From contig CAVRJG010000054.1 in the NCBI GenBank assembly GCA_963721455.1, positions 175,215 to 239,214 of the forward strand: a DNA stretch of 64,000 nt, read 5' to 3'. The position numbers and the translations under genes are program-made. The first letter of the stretch is position 1; each line of letters opens with the position of its first letter. Of this stretch, positions 10,869 through 22,594 are shown one piece after another. Source of the DNA: an uncultured Methanosarcinaceae archaeon (GTDB lineage Archaea > Halobacteriota > Methanosarcinia > Methanosarcinales > Methanosarcinaceae). The notes under the pieces were generated by a model. The model saw only the letters and a list, made by a program, of their open reading frames with translations. It ran no database searches and was not told the origin of the DNA.

Positions 10869-12597
10869 GCAGATCCTCCATCAGGTTTTCGATAGTAAAA
10901 GGCCTCCCGTCGTATCTGGTAATCTGGTGGGAGAATTCAAACCCTGTCTCTGCCCTTATAAGGCTTGCAAATTGCCCGCTTGCGTTATTTTCTATGCAGA
11001 TAGTAAGGTCTGCATTTTCAAGAAGCTCAATATAATCAAACCTATCCCGCTCGGAAAGAGGGTAGATCTGGCTGAAATGCATCATAGCTACCTTCTTATC
11101 CTTAGAAATAACATCAACAACCTCTTTTATCACACCGTAAGTAGATCCATGCCCTACAAGCACTATTTTTGGAGAGGGGTCGCCGTATAAAAATGGAGCT
11201 TCGATTTCTTTCTTTATAAGCGGCAGTTTCTTCAGCAGTCTTTTCTGGACCATTTTGATGCGGGTTTCGGAGTCTTCTATAATGTGCCCTTCTTCGTCAT
11301 GCTCGTCGCTGTCAGCTACGACCAGGTGTTTCCCGGCTTCTCCGGGGACCGCAAGAAGAGAGATTCCAGTATCTGAATATTTGTAACGTTCATACTTTTC
11401 CACACCTTCCAGATCCTTTTCCCTTATGCGGTAATCATTGTAGATCAGTTTCTCCAGATCGAAGTTTTCAAAAGTCCATTCGGAATCTGCAAGGTACTGG
11501 TCTGACTGGATAAACACAGGGATCTGGTATTTTTCCGCAAGTTCAAAAGCCCTGTTAGTGAGATAAAAAGCCTGTTTTGGGGTTCCTGGCTCGAAAATTA
11601 CCCTCGGGAACTCTCCGTGCCCTGCATGAAGAACAAAAAGCAGATCTGCCTGTTCCGTGCGTGTGGGCAAACCCGTAGCCGGTCCAGGGCGCTGCATTTC
11701 CGCGATCACGAGAGGAGTTTCCGTAACTCCCGCCAGAGAAAGGCCTTCTACCATCAGGGCAAATCCGCCTCCAGAACTGCCTGTCATTGCCCTTACGCCT
11801 GCAAAAGAGGCTCCTATCGCCATATTAATGGCTGCAATTTCATCTTCAGCCTGCTCAACAACCAGGTTATACTCTTCTGCTCTGGAAGCCATGTAATCCA
11901 GAATTCCTGTCGAAGGCGTCATAGGATAACCGGAATAAAACTTACAGCCCGACATGAGAGCTCCCATCCCGATTGCGTGAGCCCCGTCTATAAGCATGAG
12001 CTTTCTGTCTTGAGGTTCACGGATTCCTCCAAAGACCTCGCAGCGGGTACAGTTTGTAAGAGCAGAATTATATCCGGCCTCGGCGCAGGCTATATTTTTC
12101 TGGATAACTTCGTCTCCTTTTTTCTTGAAAGCTTTTCTCAGGATATCCTTAAGGGCTTCCAGTCCGAGATCAAGCAGTCCAAGTACTGCCCCGGTTGCTA
12201 CGGTATTTGCCATAATACTATTTTTTCCGACATCAAGGGCTATTTTCCTGAAAGGAATGTCTATGAATTGAGGCTCTTCAAACTTCTTTTTAGCAATTTG
12301 GGAATCGTAGAGAATAAATCCCTCATCTCTCACGCTCTTCCTGTGAATTTCGATTGTGCCCAGGTCAAGAGCTAGAAGAATATCGACCATCTCTCTGGAG
12401 GCAGATATCTTCTGGTCGGAAAAGCGGATCTGATAAAAGTTATGTCCCCCGCGTACCCTGGACATATAGTCCTGGTGCGTAAATACATAAAATCCTATTC
12501 TGGAAAAGACCTGTGAAAGAGCTCCTCCTACAGTCGCCAGCCCCTGTCCGGCCTCTCCCCCTATTCGAAGTGTATAGTCCAGAAACGAAACCCCCAA
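10855..12597 (-). CDS. korA: 2-oxoacid:ferredoxin oxidoreductase alpha subunit (start TTG 12597 or CTG 12582)
   Basis: [29 protein letters not shown]; overlaps korB. Confidence 0.9.
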   Translation of the reverse strand: MGVSFLDYTLRIGGEAGQGLATVGGALSQVFSRIGFYVFTHQDYMSRVRGGHNFYQIRFSDQKISASREMVDILLALDLGTIEIHRKSVRDEGFILYDSQIAKKKFEEPQFIDIPFRKIALDVGKNSIMANTVATGAVLGLLDLGLEALKDILRKAFKKKGDEVIQKNIACAEAGYNSALTNCTRCEVFGGIREPQDRKLMLIDGAHAIGMGALMSGCKFYSGYPMTPSTGILDYMASRAEEYNLVVEQAEDEIAAINMAIGASFAGVRAMTGSSGGGFALMVEGLSLAGVTETPLVIAEMQRPGPATGLPTRTEQADLLFVLHAGHGEFPRVIFEPGTPKQAFYLTNRAFELAEKYQIPVFIQSDQYLADSEWTFENFDLEKLIYNDYRIREKDLEGVEKYERYKYSDTGISLLAVPGEAGKHLVVADSDEHDEEGHIIEDSETRIKMVQKRLLKKLPLIKKEIEAPFLYGDPSPKIVLVGHGSTYGVIKEVVDVISKDKKVAMMHFSQIYPLSERDRFDYIELLENADLTICIENNASGQFASLIRAETGFEFSHQITRYDGRPFTIENLMEDLHAYI

Positions 12598-13582
12598 TAT
12601 TTTTCGTTATTTTCTTACTTTCGTTTAAGATCTTCAGTTTGTTAAGATCTCCGGCTTGCTCAGTTTGTCAGTTTGCTCAGTTTTCTCGGTTTGCCCACAT
12701 TTTTGTCCTGTGAGCCTTAATTATATAAGCAAATGGATTCGCATATCAACCTCGAGTTACAGCTGCTTTAAAATGATTACAGCAAAACAGAAATAAGATT
12801 GGCCAATTTTCTTTATTCTGTTACCACTGCCCCTATTTAGCTATCTATTCTTTTCAGTCCCCTGAGGGGATATTATAATTAAACCTTAAATAATCTTGCT
12901 TATGCCCCTTATCTGGAAAAAGCCTGAGATACTCATTTCCGGGAAAAATGAATTTGGGAAAACTGAACAAAAAGAAAGGCTTGAATAAGCCGGAAATTCA
13001 GAGCTTTTAAAATAAATAAAGAATCTTTCCAAAAGAATACAACCTATCAAGGCAATTCCGAGTATCAATATATCCATCTGCAGTACGGTATATAGTATTA
13101 AAAAACAAAGCACTGAAGTAACCGCACAGGCCAGGATATCCACAGGATTGCTCAGGAAAGCCTCCGCCTTAAATTTATAAATTCACAATCAGATAAACAT
13201 TTCCAATTGAGATAATAATTATATGATAATCCTAAAATACAATTTATATTTGACTATCTTCACAATTTTTTGTGCATTTCCACATTCCTATTAAAACTTC
13301 ATACTCAGTAAAAACAGAGAGAGGACTGGAGAACAGGAAGGAGACAGTTATCTCTATTTTTTGGTTATGCAGAACTAAAACTGCCTGATTTTCAATACCC
13401 TTTAATTCCAGCAAAAAGGGAAAATGAAAGTTTTCCGGTAAAAAGACAAAGAGGAAGTATAGTCCCCATAAATGCTGCTTTGTATCAGGAAAGGGGACTT
13501 GTTTGCATGGAGGTAAAATTTAATTTTTTTGTCCTGAATGTACTGAAATAGAGATTTACTCGGAAGATATCACCCCCGAATT

Positions 13583-14839
13583 TTAGAATTTTCCACGGCC
13601 TAGCTGGGCATGAGCACGTGCCAGGTGTCCTGCAGCCTGGGCTCCTATGAGGGAAATTTCTCCTGCAAGCACAGCAGAAGCTACTATCTCTGCAAATTTC
13701 CGAGAGTTTGTTCCGGGAATATCTCCTGCACCTGCAACGCCAAGAATATTCAGGCAATCTCTCTGAGTCCCAAGGCCAGTACCTCCTCCGACTGTTCCCA
13801 CAGGCAGGGCAGGCAGAGTAACAGAACAGTGAATTTCCTCATATTTTGTAAGTTCCATGCTCGTAATTGCAGTGCTCCCTTCAACAACATGAGCCGCATC
13901 CTGTCCACAGGCCAGGTAGATGGCAGCAATAACATTTGCAGCATGGGCATTGAAACCAAGTGCTCCTGCTCTTGCAGAACCTAGAAGGTTTTTGCTGTAG
14001 TTCACCTCAAACATGGACTCAGGCGTGCATTTCAGGGTTTCCCGGACGATTTCTTTCGGAATTGTGACTTCGGCTACAACAGTTTTTCCTCTTCCGAGAA
14101 TTGTGCTTATGGAGGCCGGCTTTTTGTCGGTGCACATATTTCCTGAAAGTGCGATAGGATGTGCCCCGAATTCATCTTCTATCAGGTGAACTACTGCCTC
14201 TGTGGCTATTGTCACCATGTTCATGCCCATGGCATCTTTTGTATCGTAAGAAAACCTGAGGTACACATATGTGCCGGTTACGAAGGGTTTTACGGAAAGC
14301 AGTTTCCCAAAACGTGTCGTTTTTTCGGCAACTGTTTTCATCTGCTCGAAAATTTCAGGGCGTTTTACCCATTCATAGAATTTCTTGGCCCTATCAAGGC
14401 TATCAAGCTTGAAAACAGGCGCTCTGGTCATCTCGTCTTCAAAAATCCTTACATTTGCTCCCCCTGACTTCGTGATGACTGAACAACCCCGGTTTACACT
14501 GGCAACAAGCGCCCCTTCGGTTGTAGCAAGCGGGATGTAATAGTTGGAATTCGCATATTCTCCGTTTACCTTCAGAAGCCCGGCAACACCAAGAGGAACC
14601 TGAACCGCACCGATCATGTTTTCAATATTCTTCTTCGTTGTGGTTTCCACATCGAGGGAAAAGTTCTGGATATGCTCGAACTCAAGTTTTGCAAACTCCT
14701 GTATTGCAAGCCGTCTAAGTTTTACTGCTGTTGACGGGTCTGTAAATTCGTCAATCTTGCGAAAGGCTATATCGCCGTCCACGATTTTCTGTAAAAGAAG
14801 TTTATCTGCTTCATTTAGTTCATAGTCCTTTTGAAACAT
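13583..14839 (-). CDS. hmgA: HMG-CoA reductase (class I)
   Basis: ENMIG, ATTEGALVAS, DAMGMNM, GTVGGGT, C-terminal LARAH. Confidence 0.95.
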   Translation of the reverse strand: MFQKDYELNEADKLLLQKIVDGDIAFRKIDEFTDPSTAVKLRRLAIQEFAKLEFEHIQNFSLDVETTTKKNIENMIGAVQVPLGVAGLLKVNGEYANSNYYIPLATTEGALVASVNRGCSVITKSGGANVRIFEDEMTRAPVFKLDSLDRAKKFYEWVKRPEIFEQMKTVAEKTTRFGKLLSVKPFVTGTYVYLRFSYDTKDAMGMNMVTIATEAVVHLIEDEFGAHPIALSGNMCTDKKPASISTILGRGKTVVAEVTIPKEIVRETLKCTPESMFEVNYSKNLLGSARAGALGFNAHAANVIAAIYLACGQDAAHVVEGSTAITSMELTKYEEIHCSVTLPALPVGTVGGGTGLGTQRDCLNILGVAGAGDIPGTNSRKFAEIVASAVLAGEISLIGAQAAGHLARAHAQLGRGKF

Positions 14840-15354
14840 GAAACCACCTGCTTAAATTATTTTTTCCATATCCTTAAAATTAATTAACTAAAAGGTTAAA
14901 ATATTCAATATTAGTGGAATGTATTATTTTATATAAAATCCATTTTTATCCTAATTATATGCATATTGGCATATAATTCATTCCTTGATGTGAGATTTCC
15001 GAGTATTTTGGAACTGTCAAAAAAATTAGCCGTGAATATAAAAAGCTTTGTTGGTTCACACAAACAATGAAAAAATATTTATAAACATTTTTTCATCAAA
15101 TTTAAGATTTTACCGAGAAATTTTCAGGTACAGAGAAATTCAGCAGTCCAGTTCAAACTTAAAATTGTTAAAGTTCAAACTTAAAATCGTTAATTTAGAA
15201 GTCACTAATGGATTTGGAACTTATACAGGTAGGCCGAAAGTTGATTTAAGAGAGTATTGGAAAAAAGAGGAGATACCGAAGAGTATTGTTGGAAGATTGG
15301 TTGGGTATAACCGGAGACTGAAAAAGAAATGCTAAAATGGAAAAGGTAAGTTTT

Positions 15355-15476
15355 GTTGAAGAACATCAAGGGTTGAAGAACATCAAGAGCTGAAGAACAT
15401 CAAGGGTTGAAAATGCCCGGGATTGGAAGATAGTCGGGTTGAAGTACGGTTAGGCTGAAGTGCAGTTAGGTTGAAG
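15355..15476 (+). repeat. degenerate tandem array of about eight 16-17 bp units starting G(T/C)TGAA
   Basis: Three near-perfect GTTGAAGAACATCAAG(G/A) units followed by diverged units at 16-bp spacing. Confidence 0.8.
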
Positions 15477-15574
15477 AAAACCTTATTTAAGAAAAGATCA
15501 CAGCAAAATGGATCTAAACATTTAAAGCCAGTGTTTATCAAATACTGGACATAATTTTTAGAAGTCTCTCGGGC

Positions 15575-15943
15575 TCAGAAATTAATGATTAGCTGGTTTT
15601 CTTCGGTATATCTAAGAAAAAGTTCGGCCACATCTTTTGAACAGATAAAATCGATTCCCGGAATCAGTTCTTCTTTCTTAAGCCCGATCATATCCGAGGC
15701 AAGCTGGCAGCACCGGAACTCTACTCCCATCTCTATGCATTCCTGAACAGCTGCATTATACTTGGGTGATCCTCTTATTTTATCTTTCTTTGCAAGCAAC
15801 ACTCCCATAGGTCCCCATAGAATAACCAGCACGTTGAGTCCCTTACTCCGGTAATACTTCGCAAACTTGATAGTTTCCTGCGGGCTGGTGCTTTCGTACA
15901 CCATATTTTTGAGCAGTAGTAGTACCTTTTCGACTTTTGTCAT
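15575..15943 (-). CDS. DsrE/DsrF-like protein
   Basis: MTKVEKVLLLL...GVEFRCCQLASDMIGLKKEELIPGI, a DsrE-like pattern; ATG at 15943 follows a GGAG RBS. Confidence 0.7.
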   Translation of the reverse strand: MTKVEKVLLLLKNMVYESTSPQETIKFAKYYRSKGLNVLVILWGPMGVLLAKKDKIRGSPKYNAAVQECIEMGVEFRCCQLASDMIGLKKEELIPGIDFICSKDVAELFLRYTEENQLIINF

Positions 15944-16592
15944 AAGAACTCCATGTCTAAACAATACATTTCTGAAACAGATTACCTGGATGTATATAAA
16001 GTTTCACATTGGAAATGAGAGTATACATTTTTTCACTTTATTTAAATAATTTTGTTCCTCAGTCCGGAAACCAGCAAAATCCGGATAATTACACCTGATT
16101 AGCTAACTCTATTGCAGTGTAAAGGCATGTAGTCACGTCATGACTCCCCGGATGGCCTGAGCTTTTTGAACTCAAAAATTTTTTAAAGTTGAAAGATTAT
16201 TCTAAATCCTGAGTTTTCAAAACTCCGGCTTTGCAGAAATCTTCAATCTGAGCTAAAATGATTTATAACTTTTTAATTATGTTGTAAACTAAGAGTTTTA
16301 TTTTTATTACTTATTATATCTGTGCAGCAGTAAGAAGAACTGCTTCATAAATAAACACGAAATCGGAGATAACTGCAAGAACATCTAGCTGACGAATATG
16401 GCAGTTTACAAACTCACTAAAAATAAAATTGCAGTTGATAATGAGAAAATTGATTTCACAGTTGGCGTGCGGGGTTAAAGTTGGGATCCGGATTTAAAGA
16501 AATAAGTACTCAAGATGTCCTTAAAAAGCTGGAAAAAATAGACAGTATTTGAATCATAGCTTATATTTTTATGAAAAAAGGTAAGCATGAGC

Positions 16593-19202
16593 TTACCTTA
16601 CAATCACAACAACCGCACCTCTGACTTCAATCACGTCTACTTCCCTGCCGCCTGAGATTACTTCTTTTCTTATCTCAACGGCTTCGGACTCGATCTCGAT
16701 CTGTTCGCCGTTTACAGTAACGGTTATTTTTCCCGAAGCTACCTGGGCTTCAACAGCAGCAGGGCCTTCTGCCTTGAGAGCTTTTACAACAGCGCCTGCA
16801 TCTTTCCTGAAGCGGGGTCCGAGAATGCCCATATTTGGTTTAACTTCCACGGGCACATATTCAAAGGAAGGAGCACCTTTCATCAACTCAACTTCCGAGT
16901 TCGTGGCGCCTGCTACATCCCCTGTATCGATATCTGCACTGTAGATCTCGATCTTTTTCAGGGGAGCATTAAGGGCCATTCCCAGGTCAGACTTGTACCT
17001 GCGGACTTCACCTGTGATGTCCTTGATCAGTTCCCCTGCGGCTTCGGCTTCTTCGCTTATGAAGCTTTCATCGACTGCCGGCCAGGCCTGTGTATGGACG
17101 CTTTCATCGCTAAACCTGGAATACGCCTCTTCCGCAAAGAAAGGTGTGAAAGGAGCAAGCAGAAGCGAGAGAGTTTTTATTGTTCTGTAGAGAACATACT
17201 GGGCTGCTCTCCTGCCTTCAGGCTCATCACCGTAAAGCCTGCCTTTTACAAGTTCCAGATAGTTATCAGCAAGGATTTCCCAGGCGAAACCTCTTATGGC
17301 CTTGAAAGTCGAATCAAACTGGTACCTGTCAAGATCTTTCGTGGCAGTGTCCACAAGCCTGTTAAGCTTGCTCAGGAGCCACCTGTCAATTGTAAGGAGA
17401 GAATCAGTCGGGAATTTTTCAACATCTTCAGGCTCGAAGCCCTTCAGGTGAGACATTGAGAAGCGGTAGATGCTCCACATCTTCTGGAGGAAACGAGAAG
17501 CTGAAACTACATCCTTCCAGCGGAACATTACGTCCGAACCTGTGGAGCCGCCAACTGCACCCCACTGCCTGAAAGCATCAGCACTGTGCTGTATGGTTAC
17601 TTCTTCGGGGGAAATAACGTTTCCAAGGGACTTGCTCATCTTATGCCCGTCAGGCCCGAGCACCATGCCGTTGACCATTATAGAATCCCAGGGTTTCTTG
17701 CCTTCAATGGCCAGGCTCCGCAGGATCGTATAGAAAGACCAGGTTCTGATGATGTCATGGCCCTGGGGACGGATCTGTGCAGGCAGGCGGAGTTCGTGCT
17801 CGCTTTCCCAGCCAGTGACATGCAATGCCGTAATCGAGGAGTCCATCCAGGTGTCCAGCACATCTGTTTCAGGTTCAAAATCAGTTGAACCGCAGGCACA
17901 GGCTTTCTTCGGGGCTGCCTCATTTGGGTCAATCGGAAGCCAGCTCTCTTCTGCGATCATGACTTCCCCGCACTGTTTGCAGTACCAGATAGGAATAGGG
18001 GTTGCAAAGATTCTCTGCCGGGAAATGCACCAGTCCCATTCCATAGTGTTTGTCCAGTTCTGGAGCCTGACTTTCATATACTCAGGATACCAGTTAATTT
18101 CGTCTGCAGCTTTCAGGATGCCCTGATGGTCGATCTTTACGAACCACTGGGGCCCGGAAAGGGTCTCTATGGGGGTGTCACAGCGCCAGCATAGCCCGAC
18201 ATTCTGCTCCAGGGGCTTCTGGTCATAAAGGAAACCTGCGGCTTTGAGGTCAGAAATGACAGCTTCTCTGCATTCGGTAATGCTCGTGCCTTCGTACTTG
18301 CCTGCCGCTTCTGTCATCTTGCCCTGTTTATCAATTGCTTTTACAAGGGGCAGCCCGTATTTCATCCACCAGCGTATGTCCTGCTTGTCCCCGAAAGTAC
18401 AGATCATCACAGCGCCTGTACCGAATTCAGGCTCAACGGCTTCGTCAGCGATCAGAGTAACTTTTTGCCCGAAGATGGGCACTATAATCTCCTTGCCGAT
18501 ATACTGGCTGTAACGCTCATCTTTAGGGTTGACTGCCACTGCGACGCAGGCTGCAATCAGTTCTGGCCTTGTGGTTGCGATATCTACCTTGTCGAAGTGG
18601 ACGAAATTAAGTTTCGTTTCCCCGGCATCATATTCGACTTCTGCAAAAGCAATGGCGGTTTCACAGCGGGGGCACCAGTTGACAGGATGGTCCTCGTGAT
18701 AGATGTACCCATCATTGTACATTCTGACAAAAGACTTCTGTGTTTTTACAAAGTATGAGGGCTCCATGGTAACGAATTCGTTGCTCCAGTCCACCGAAAA
18801 GCCCAGGCGCAGCATTGTTTTGCGCATCTTATCGATATTTCCTGCAGTCAGTTCCCTGCACATTTTCCGAAACTCTGCACGAGAGACCTGGTTTTTCGTT
18901 ATCCCGTGAGTTTCTTCAACCTTGACTTCGGTTGGCAGGCCATGACAGTCCCAGCCCTGGGGGAACATCACATTGTACCCGCGCATGCGTTTGTATCGGG
19001 CAACAAAGTCAATATAGCACCAGTTAAGCGCATTTCCGATGTGAAAATTGCCTGTAGGGTAAGGGGGTGGGGTGTCGATAATATATTGGGGTCGGGTATC
19101 TTCTCCCCAATTGAAGTGGTACATGGAGAGGTTCCACTTCTCCATCCACTTTTCCTCAACCTCATTTGCATTATATTCTTTTGGAATTTCCGATTCTGTC
19201 AT
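16593..19202 (-). CDS. valS: valyl-tRNA synthetase
   Basis: [24 protein letters not shown]; 869 aa intact. Confidence 0.96.
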   Translation of the reverse strand: MTESEIPKEYNANEVEEKWMEKWNLSMYHFNWGEDTRPQYIIDTPPPYPTGNFHIGNALNWCYIDFVARYKRMRGYNVMFPQGWDCHGLPTEVKVEETHGITKNQVSRAEFRKMCRELTAGNIDKMRKTMLRLGFSVDWSNEFVTMEPSYFVKTQKSFVRMYNDGYIYHEDHPVNWCPRCETAIAFAEVEYDAGETKLNFVHFDKVDIATTRPELIAACVAVAVNPKDERYSQYIGKEIIVPIFGQKVTLIADEAVEPEFGTGAVMICTFGDKQDIRWWMKYGLPLVKAIDKQGKMTEAAGKYEGTSITECREAVISDLKAAGFLYDQKPLEQNVGLCWRCDTPIETLSGPQWFVKIDHQGILKAADEINWYPEYMKVRLQNWTNTMEWDWCISRQRIFATPIPIWYCKQCGEVMIAEESWLPIDPNEAAPKKACACGSTDFEPETDVLDTWMDSSITALHVTGWESEHELRLPAQIRPQGHDIIRTWSFYTILRSLAIEGKKPWDSIMVNGMVLGPDGHKMSKSLGNVISPEEVTIQHSADAFRQWGAVGGSTGSDVMFRWKDVVSASRFLQKMWSIYRFSMSHLKGFEPEDVEKFPTDSLLTIDRWLLSKLNRLVDTATKDLDRYQFDSTFKAIRGFAWEILADNYLELVKGRLYGDEPEGRRAAQYVLYRTIKTLSLLLAPFTPFFAEEAYSRFSDESVHTQAWPAVDESFISEEAEAAGELIKDITGEVRRYKSDLGMALNAPLKKIEIYSADIDTGDVAGATNSEVELMKGAPSFEYVPVEVKPNMGILGPRFRKDAGAVVKALKAEGPAAVEAQVASGKITVTVNGEQIEIESEAVEIRKEVISGGREVDVIEVRGAVVVIVR

Positions 19203-19616
19203 AAAGACACTCCATGATTGGAAAATAGTATAAGAATTTCTTGGGGTTTTAGAGTGCTTGCGATTATTTAAATATATCTGGTTTTGAATGAAGTGGAAAT
19301 CTCTTACCGTTCAATGACTATCCAATGTCTATCAGGAATATACATCTGGCTTTCATTGATTGCACTTTTATCCGCAGAACCGACTTGAAGGAATAAGAAT
19401 TTTATAATCAGTTTAATGATGATCTCATGTTGTCAGAAGATGCATGTTGTCAGAAGAGAACAATTATTAAGAAAAATGTGGAGAAGTATTGAGAGGAATA
19501 GACATACTCTCAGTCTAAGAGAACGGTATAAAAGTGAAGTTCAACTTAGATTCAGCCTGGAAAAAATTGATTTCTTACTTTTTACTGCCTGATAGCTACC
19601 CTTTTCTCTCCCCTTT

Positions 19617-20270
19617 TCATGAATACTTCCATGCCTCGCGGATGTGCATTGCATTCATTCCCAGGCTCTGGGGCGGGTAAATATCGTTCTCGGGCGTATC
19701 GCCGATAGAGAGCACTTCCCAGGGTTCAAGCCCAAGCCGGTCAAGAGCCAGCTTGAAGAGACGAGTATCAGGTTTCTTGATACAGTGGTCCGAAGACATA
19801 ATCGTGAAATTAAAGCGGTCATACAGGCCCAGGAAGAGCAGTTCCTGTTCCGTAAAAACTCTCTGAGCATTGGAGACAATGCACTTCGGAATATGTCTAT
19901 ATTTTTCAAGCAGGCGCAGACTTTGAGGGTAGGCCTCGAGTTTTCTTAAAGATGCGGTTCTGAATACCTTGGCCGTTTCAATCCCGAGCCAGTAGGGATC
20001 GATTTCTCTAAACGCATTTTCGGCACAGATCTCTGCAAAAATTTCTTCTATACGAATATCCGGGTGCTGCTGGCCTGAATTGCCCAACCTGCCTATGACC
20101 TTCCACCTGTATGCTTCCCTGAGCCGGTCGGGTTCTATCCTCACTCCCTGGTAAAGCAGCCATTTGCTTACCCTTTCGTTTGTTTCCTTGCTTCCTTCAT
20201 CAGTTTTGATATCGATGAGAGTTTTATAACAGTCAAAGATTAAGCCTTTAATTTTTCCGTTTTGGAGCAT
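19617..20270 (-). CDS. HAD-superfamily hydrolase
   Basis: FDCYKTL motif I, SN motif II, KPD and IGD motifs III/IV. Confidence 0.85.
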   Translation of the reverse strand: MLQNGKIKGLIFDCYKTLIDIKTDEGSKETNERVSKWLLYQGVRIEPDRLREAYRWKVIGRLGNSGQQHPDIRIEEIFAEICAENAFREIDPYWLGIETAKVFRTASLRKLEAYPQSLRLLEKYRHIPKCIVSNAQRVFTEQELLFLGLYDRFNFTIMSSDHCIKKPDTRLFKLALDRLGLEPWEVLSIGDTPENDIYPPQSLGMNAMHIREAWKYS

Positions 20271-20621
20271 AGGGATCCTCTTTTTATTTTTCGAAACCTT
20301 TATAAATTTTCGATTTTTTGCTATACTATTCTGCGATTACTATTGAGATTAATCTCTTGATATATAGGTTTTATGCAAATACCTATATTGTTCATAAATA
20401 TCAGTATATAGTTTCCATTTCTATATAAGATTCTTTTAATATCAGCCAGAGCTGAAAAAAAATCACAAACTTTGATTATTCCAGAAAAACTACAAAGATT
20501 AGGAAAAAATTCTTAAAAAAAGAATACAAATATTCTAAATTTGCTAAAATAAATAACGTAAATATCCTGGATTTGCGTTTATTAAAAACGAAAAAAGAAG
20601 AAATAATCCGTTTTATGGCAA

Positions 20622-21371
20622 TCAATCCGTCAGACCTAACTGTTTCCATGCTTCCTCAATATGCATGGAGCGCATTCCAAGCTTTCTCGCAGGTATTATC
20701 TCGTTTTCGTAAGAATCTCCTATTGACATGACACATTTGGGTTCGAATTCAAGGCCCATTCTTTTGAGCGCAGCCATAAAAAGCCTGAGGTCAGGTTTCT
20801 TGTACCCCACATCCGATGAAAAGATCACGAAATCGAAATAATCATACAGTCCCAGGAACCTGAGTTCCAGTTCGGAAAAGACTCTCTGCCCGTTGGAGAT
20901 TATGCACTTGGGCACGTTTATATAATGTTCAATTAATCTTATGCTTTGAGGGAAGAGACGGAGTTTCCGTGTAGATGCTGCCCGAAAAACCCTTGATGCT
21001 TCTACTCCGAGGCTTTCTTCGTCGATAATCCAGATCGAATTTTCCTTGCAGATCTCTGCAAAAATTTCCTCTACCCTGACTTCAGGATATATTTCCCCGG
21101 AATGCTCCATTATACCCCTTACTTTAAACATGTAAGTGTCCCACAGTCTTTTCGGCTCTATTTTTACCCCCTCATAGGCAAGCCATGCGCTTACGACCTC
21201 ATATGTTTCCAGATTATGTTCCTCAGTGTGGATATCAATAAGGGTCTGGTAACAGTCAAAGATAACTCCTTTTATATGGCAGCTCTCAAACGCCTCCTCC
21301 CCCTTTACGGGAGAATGACTCAGAAATGTGACCTTACCTTTTCCTGTTTCAGGTTCATAATTCTCCGACAT
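20622..21371 (-). CDS. HAD-superfamily hydrolase (paralogue of the neighbour)
   Basis: FDCYQTL, ISNGQ, KKPD, IGDSYENE. Confidence 0.85.
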   Translation of the reverse strand: MSENYEPETGKGKVTFLSHSPVKGEEAFESCHIKGVIFDCYQTLIDIHTEEHNLETYEVVSAWLAYEGVKIEPKRLWDTYMFKVRGIMEHSGEIYPEVRVEEIFAEICKENSIWIIDEESLGVEASRVFRAASTRKLRLFPQSIRLIEHYINVPKCIISNGQRVFSELELRFLGLYDYFDFVIFSSDVGYKKPDLRLFMAALKRMGLEFEPKCVMSIGDSYENEIIPARKLGMRSMHIEEAWKQLGLTD

Positions 21372-21451
21372 GCTCTTGCCTCCAATATCCCCTTTACTTG
21401 ATTACCTTTACTTGATTACCTTTAATTGCTACCTTTAATTGCCTTTTACCT

Positions 21452-22393
21452 TTAATTAATTGCTTTTAAGCATTCACTTGCTTCTTTGATAAGATAATTT
21501 CTATAGTTGCTCTGGTGAAGCCTCGCCGAACGGAGAAGTCCTATACTCATGAAAAAAGGCAAAACTCTGGTAACAGAGGTAAAATCCTTTTCATCCCTGC
21601 TGTACTCCCAGAGAAAGTTCCCTATATACGGTTCGGCCTTCCAGCCTCCCCCTTTATGCAATTCGAACTCATTTTTAAGTTCTGCACTGAGAATCCCGAG
21701 ATCTCTTACAGGGTGCGCCTGGAACCAGGAGCTTTCAAAATCGAGTGCATACGGCTTACCTTTGCAAAATATATAATTAGACGGGGTAACATCCCTGTGA
21801 ACCATACAACCGTATTCCCTGTCGAGCAAGGGACTGTACCACCATTGTCCAAGCAGCTTATTGAAATTCTCTCTTGTGTCATGATCCAGTTTCAGATGGT
21901 CCAGCACTTCATGATAGTTTCGGAATTCATTTTCCTTATTGTAGGAGGACTTCGTATTGTCGTGGAGCCTTCTGAGCATGTGCGCAACTGCAGCAAGCCT
22001 CTCGTAGAGTCTTTCTTCATGCTGGAAGTACCAGCTCAGAGATTTACCAGGTATATATTCAGTTACAAGGACACAATTGAACTTCTTATTGATTGCAAGG
22101 GGCTTTGCAACATTTATTACGGAAGCCGCCTTTTTCAGGTTCCGGTACTCATTCATCATGCCTTTGTAGGGATTGTAATCTTTCAGCCGTCCGGTAGGTT
22201 CGGCAAAAAATTTTGCCATTACGCTGAAGTGTTCGCCCTTGAACTGATATCTGCAGACAGTGTGAGAAGAGTTGTATTTAAAAACATTAACCGAACATTG
22301 CTTATTCTGAAGCCGGTACCCCACGACTTCTTCAACAAGCCAGTCCCTGAAAGGATCCCCTGGGCTTAAAGTATTAACATGGCGAAATGCCAC
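21452..22393 (-). CDS. aminoglycoside-phosphotransferase/choline-kinase-like kinase
   Basis: AKFF lysine, HRDVTPSN catalytic loop, DFE, PVRDLG. Confidence 0.8.
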   Translation of the reverse strand: MAFRHVNTLSPGDPFRDWLVEEVVGYRLQNKQCSVNVFKYNSSHTVCRYQFKGEHFSVMAKFFAEPTGRLKDYNPYKGMMNEYRNLKKAASVINVAKPLAINKKFNCVLVTEYIPGKSLSWYFQHEERLYERLAAVAHMLRRLHDNTKSSYNKENEFRNYHEVLDHLKLDHDTRENFNKLLGQWWYSPLLDREYGCMVHRDVTPSNYIFCKGKPYALDFESSWFQAHPVRDLGILSAELKNEFELHKGGGWKAEPYIGNFLWEYSRDEKDFTSVTRVLPFFMSIGLLRSARLHQSNYRNYLIKEASECLKAIN

Positions 22394-22594
22394 CTCAAAT
22401 TACCCCCATTTTCCAGAAATACTCCCACAATTGTATATTCTGCTCCGCAGCATATCTTTCATCTTGAGTTAATATTGTAATAAAGTAACCGCCAATTTTA
22501 CGTTTTAATTTTACGTTTTGATTCTACAATACTGGCAGCAGTATACTATAGATTGGATATATTATATTGTTATTGGTGTTTAACTGTAAGGAGC

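Noticed and set aside
12886-13143. 85-aa hydrophobic ORF
   Set aside because: GTG start, no family motif and low-complexity AT-rich context; not supportable as a gene.
15355-15476. Possible mini-CRISPR
   Set aside because: Units are only 16-17 bp with no unique 30-40 bp spacers and no cas genes.
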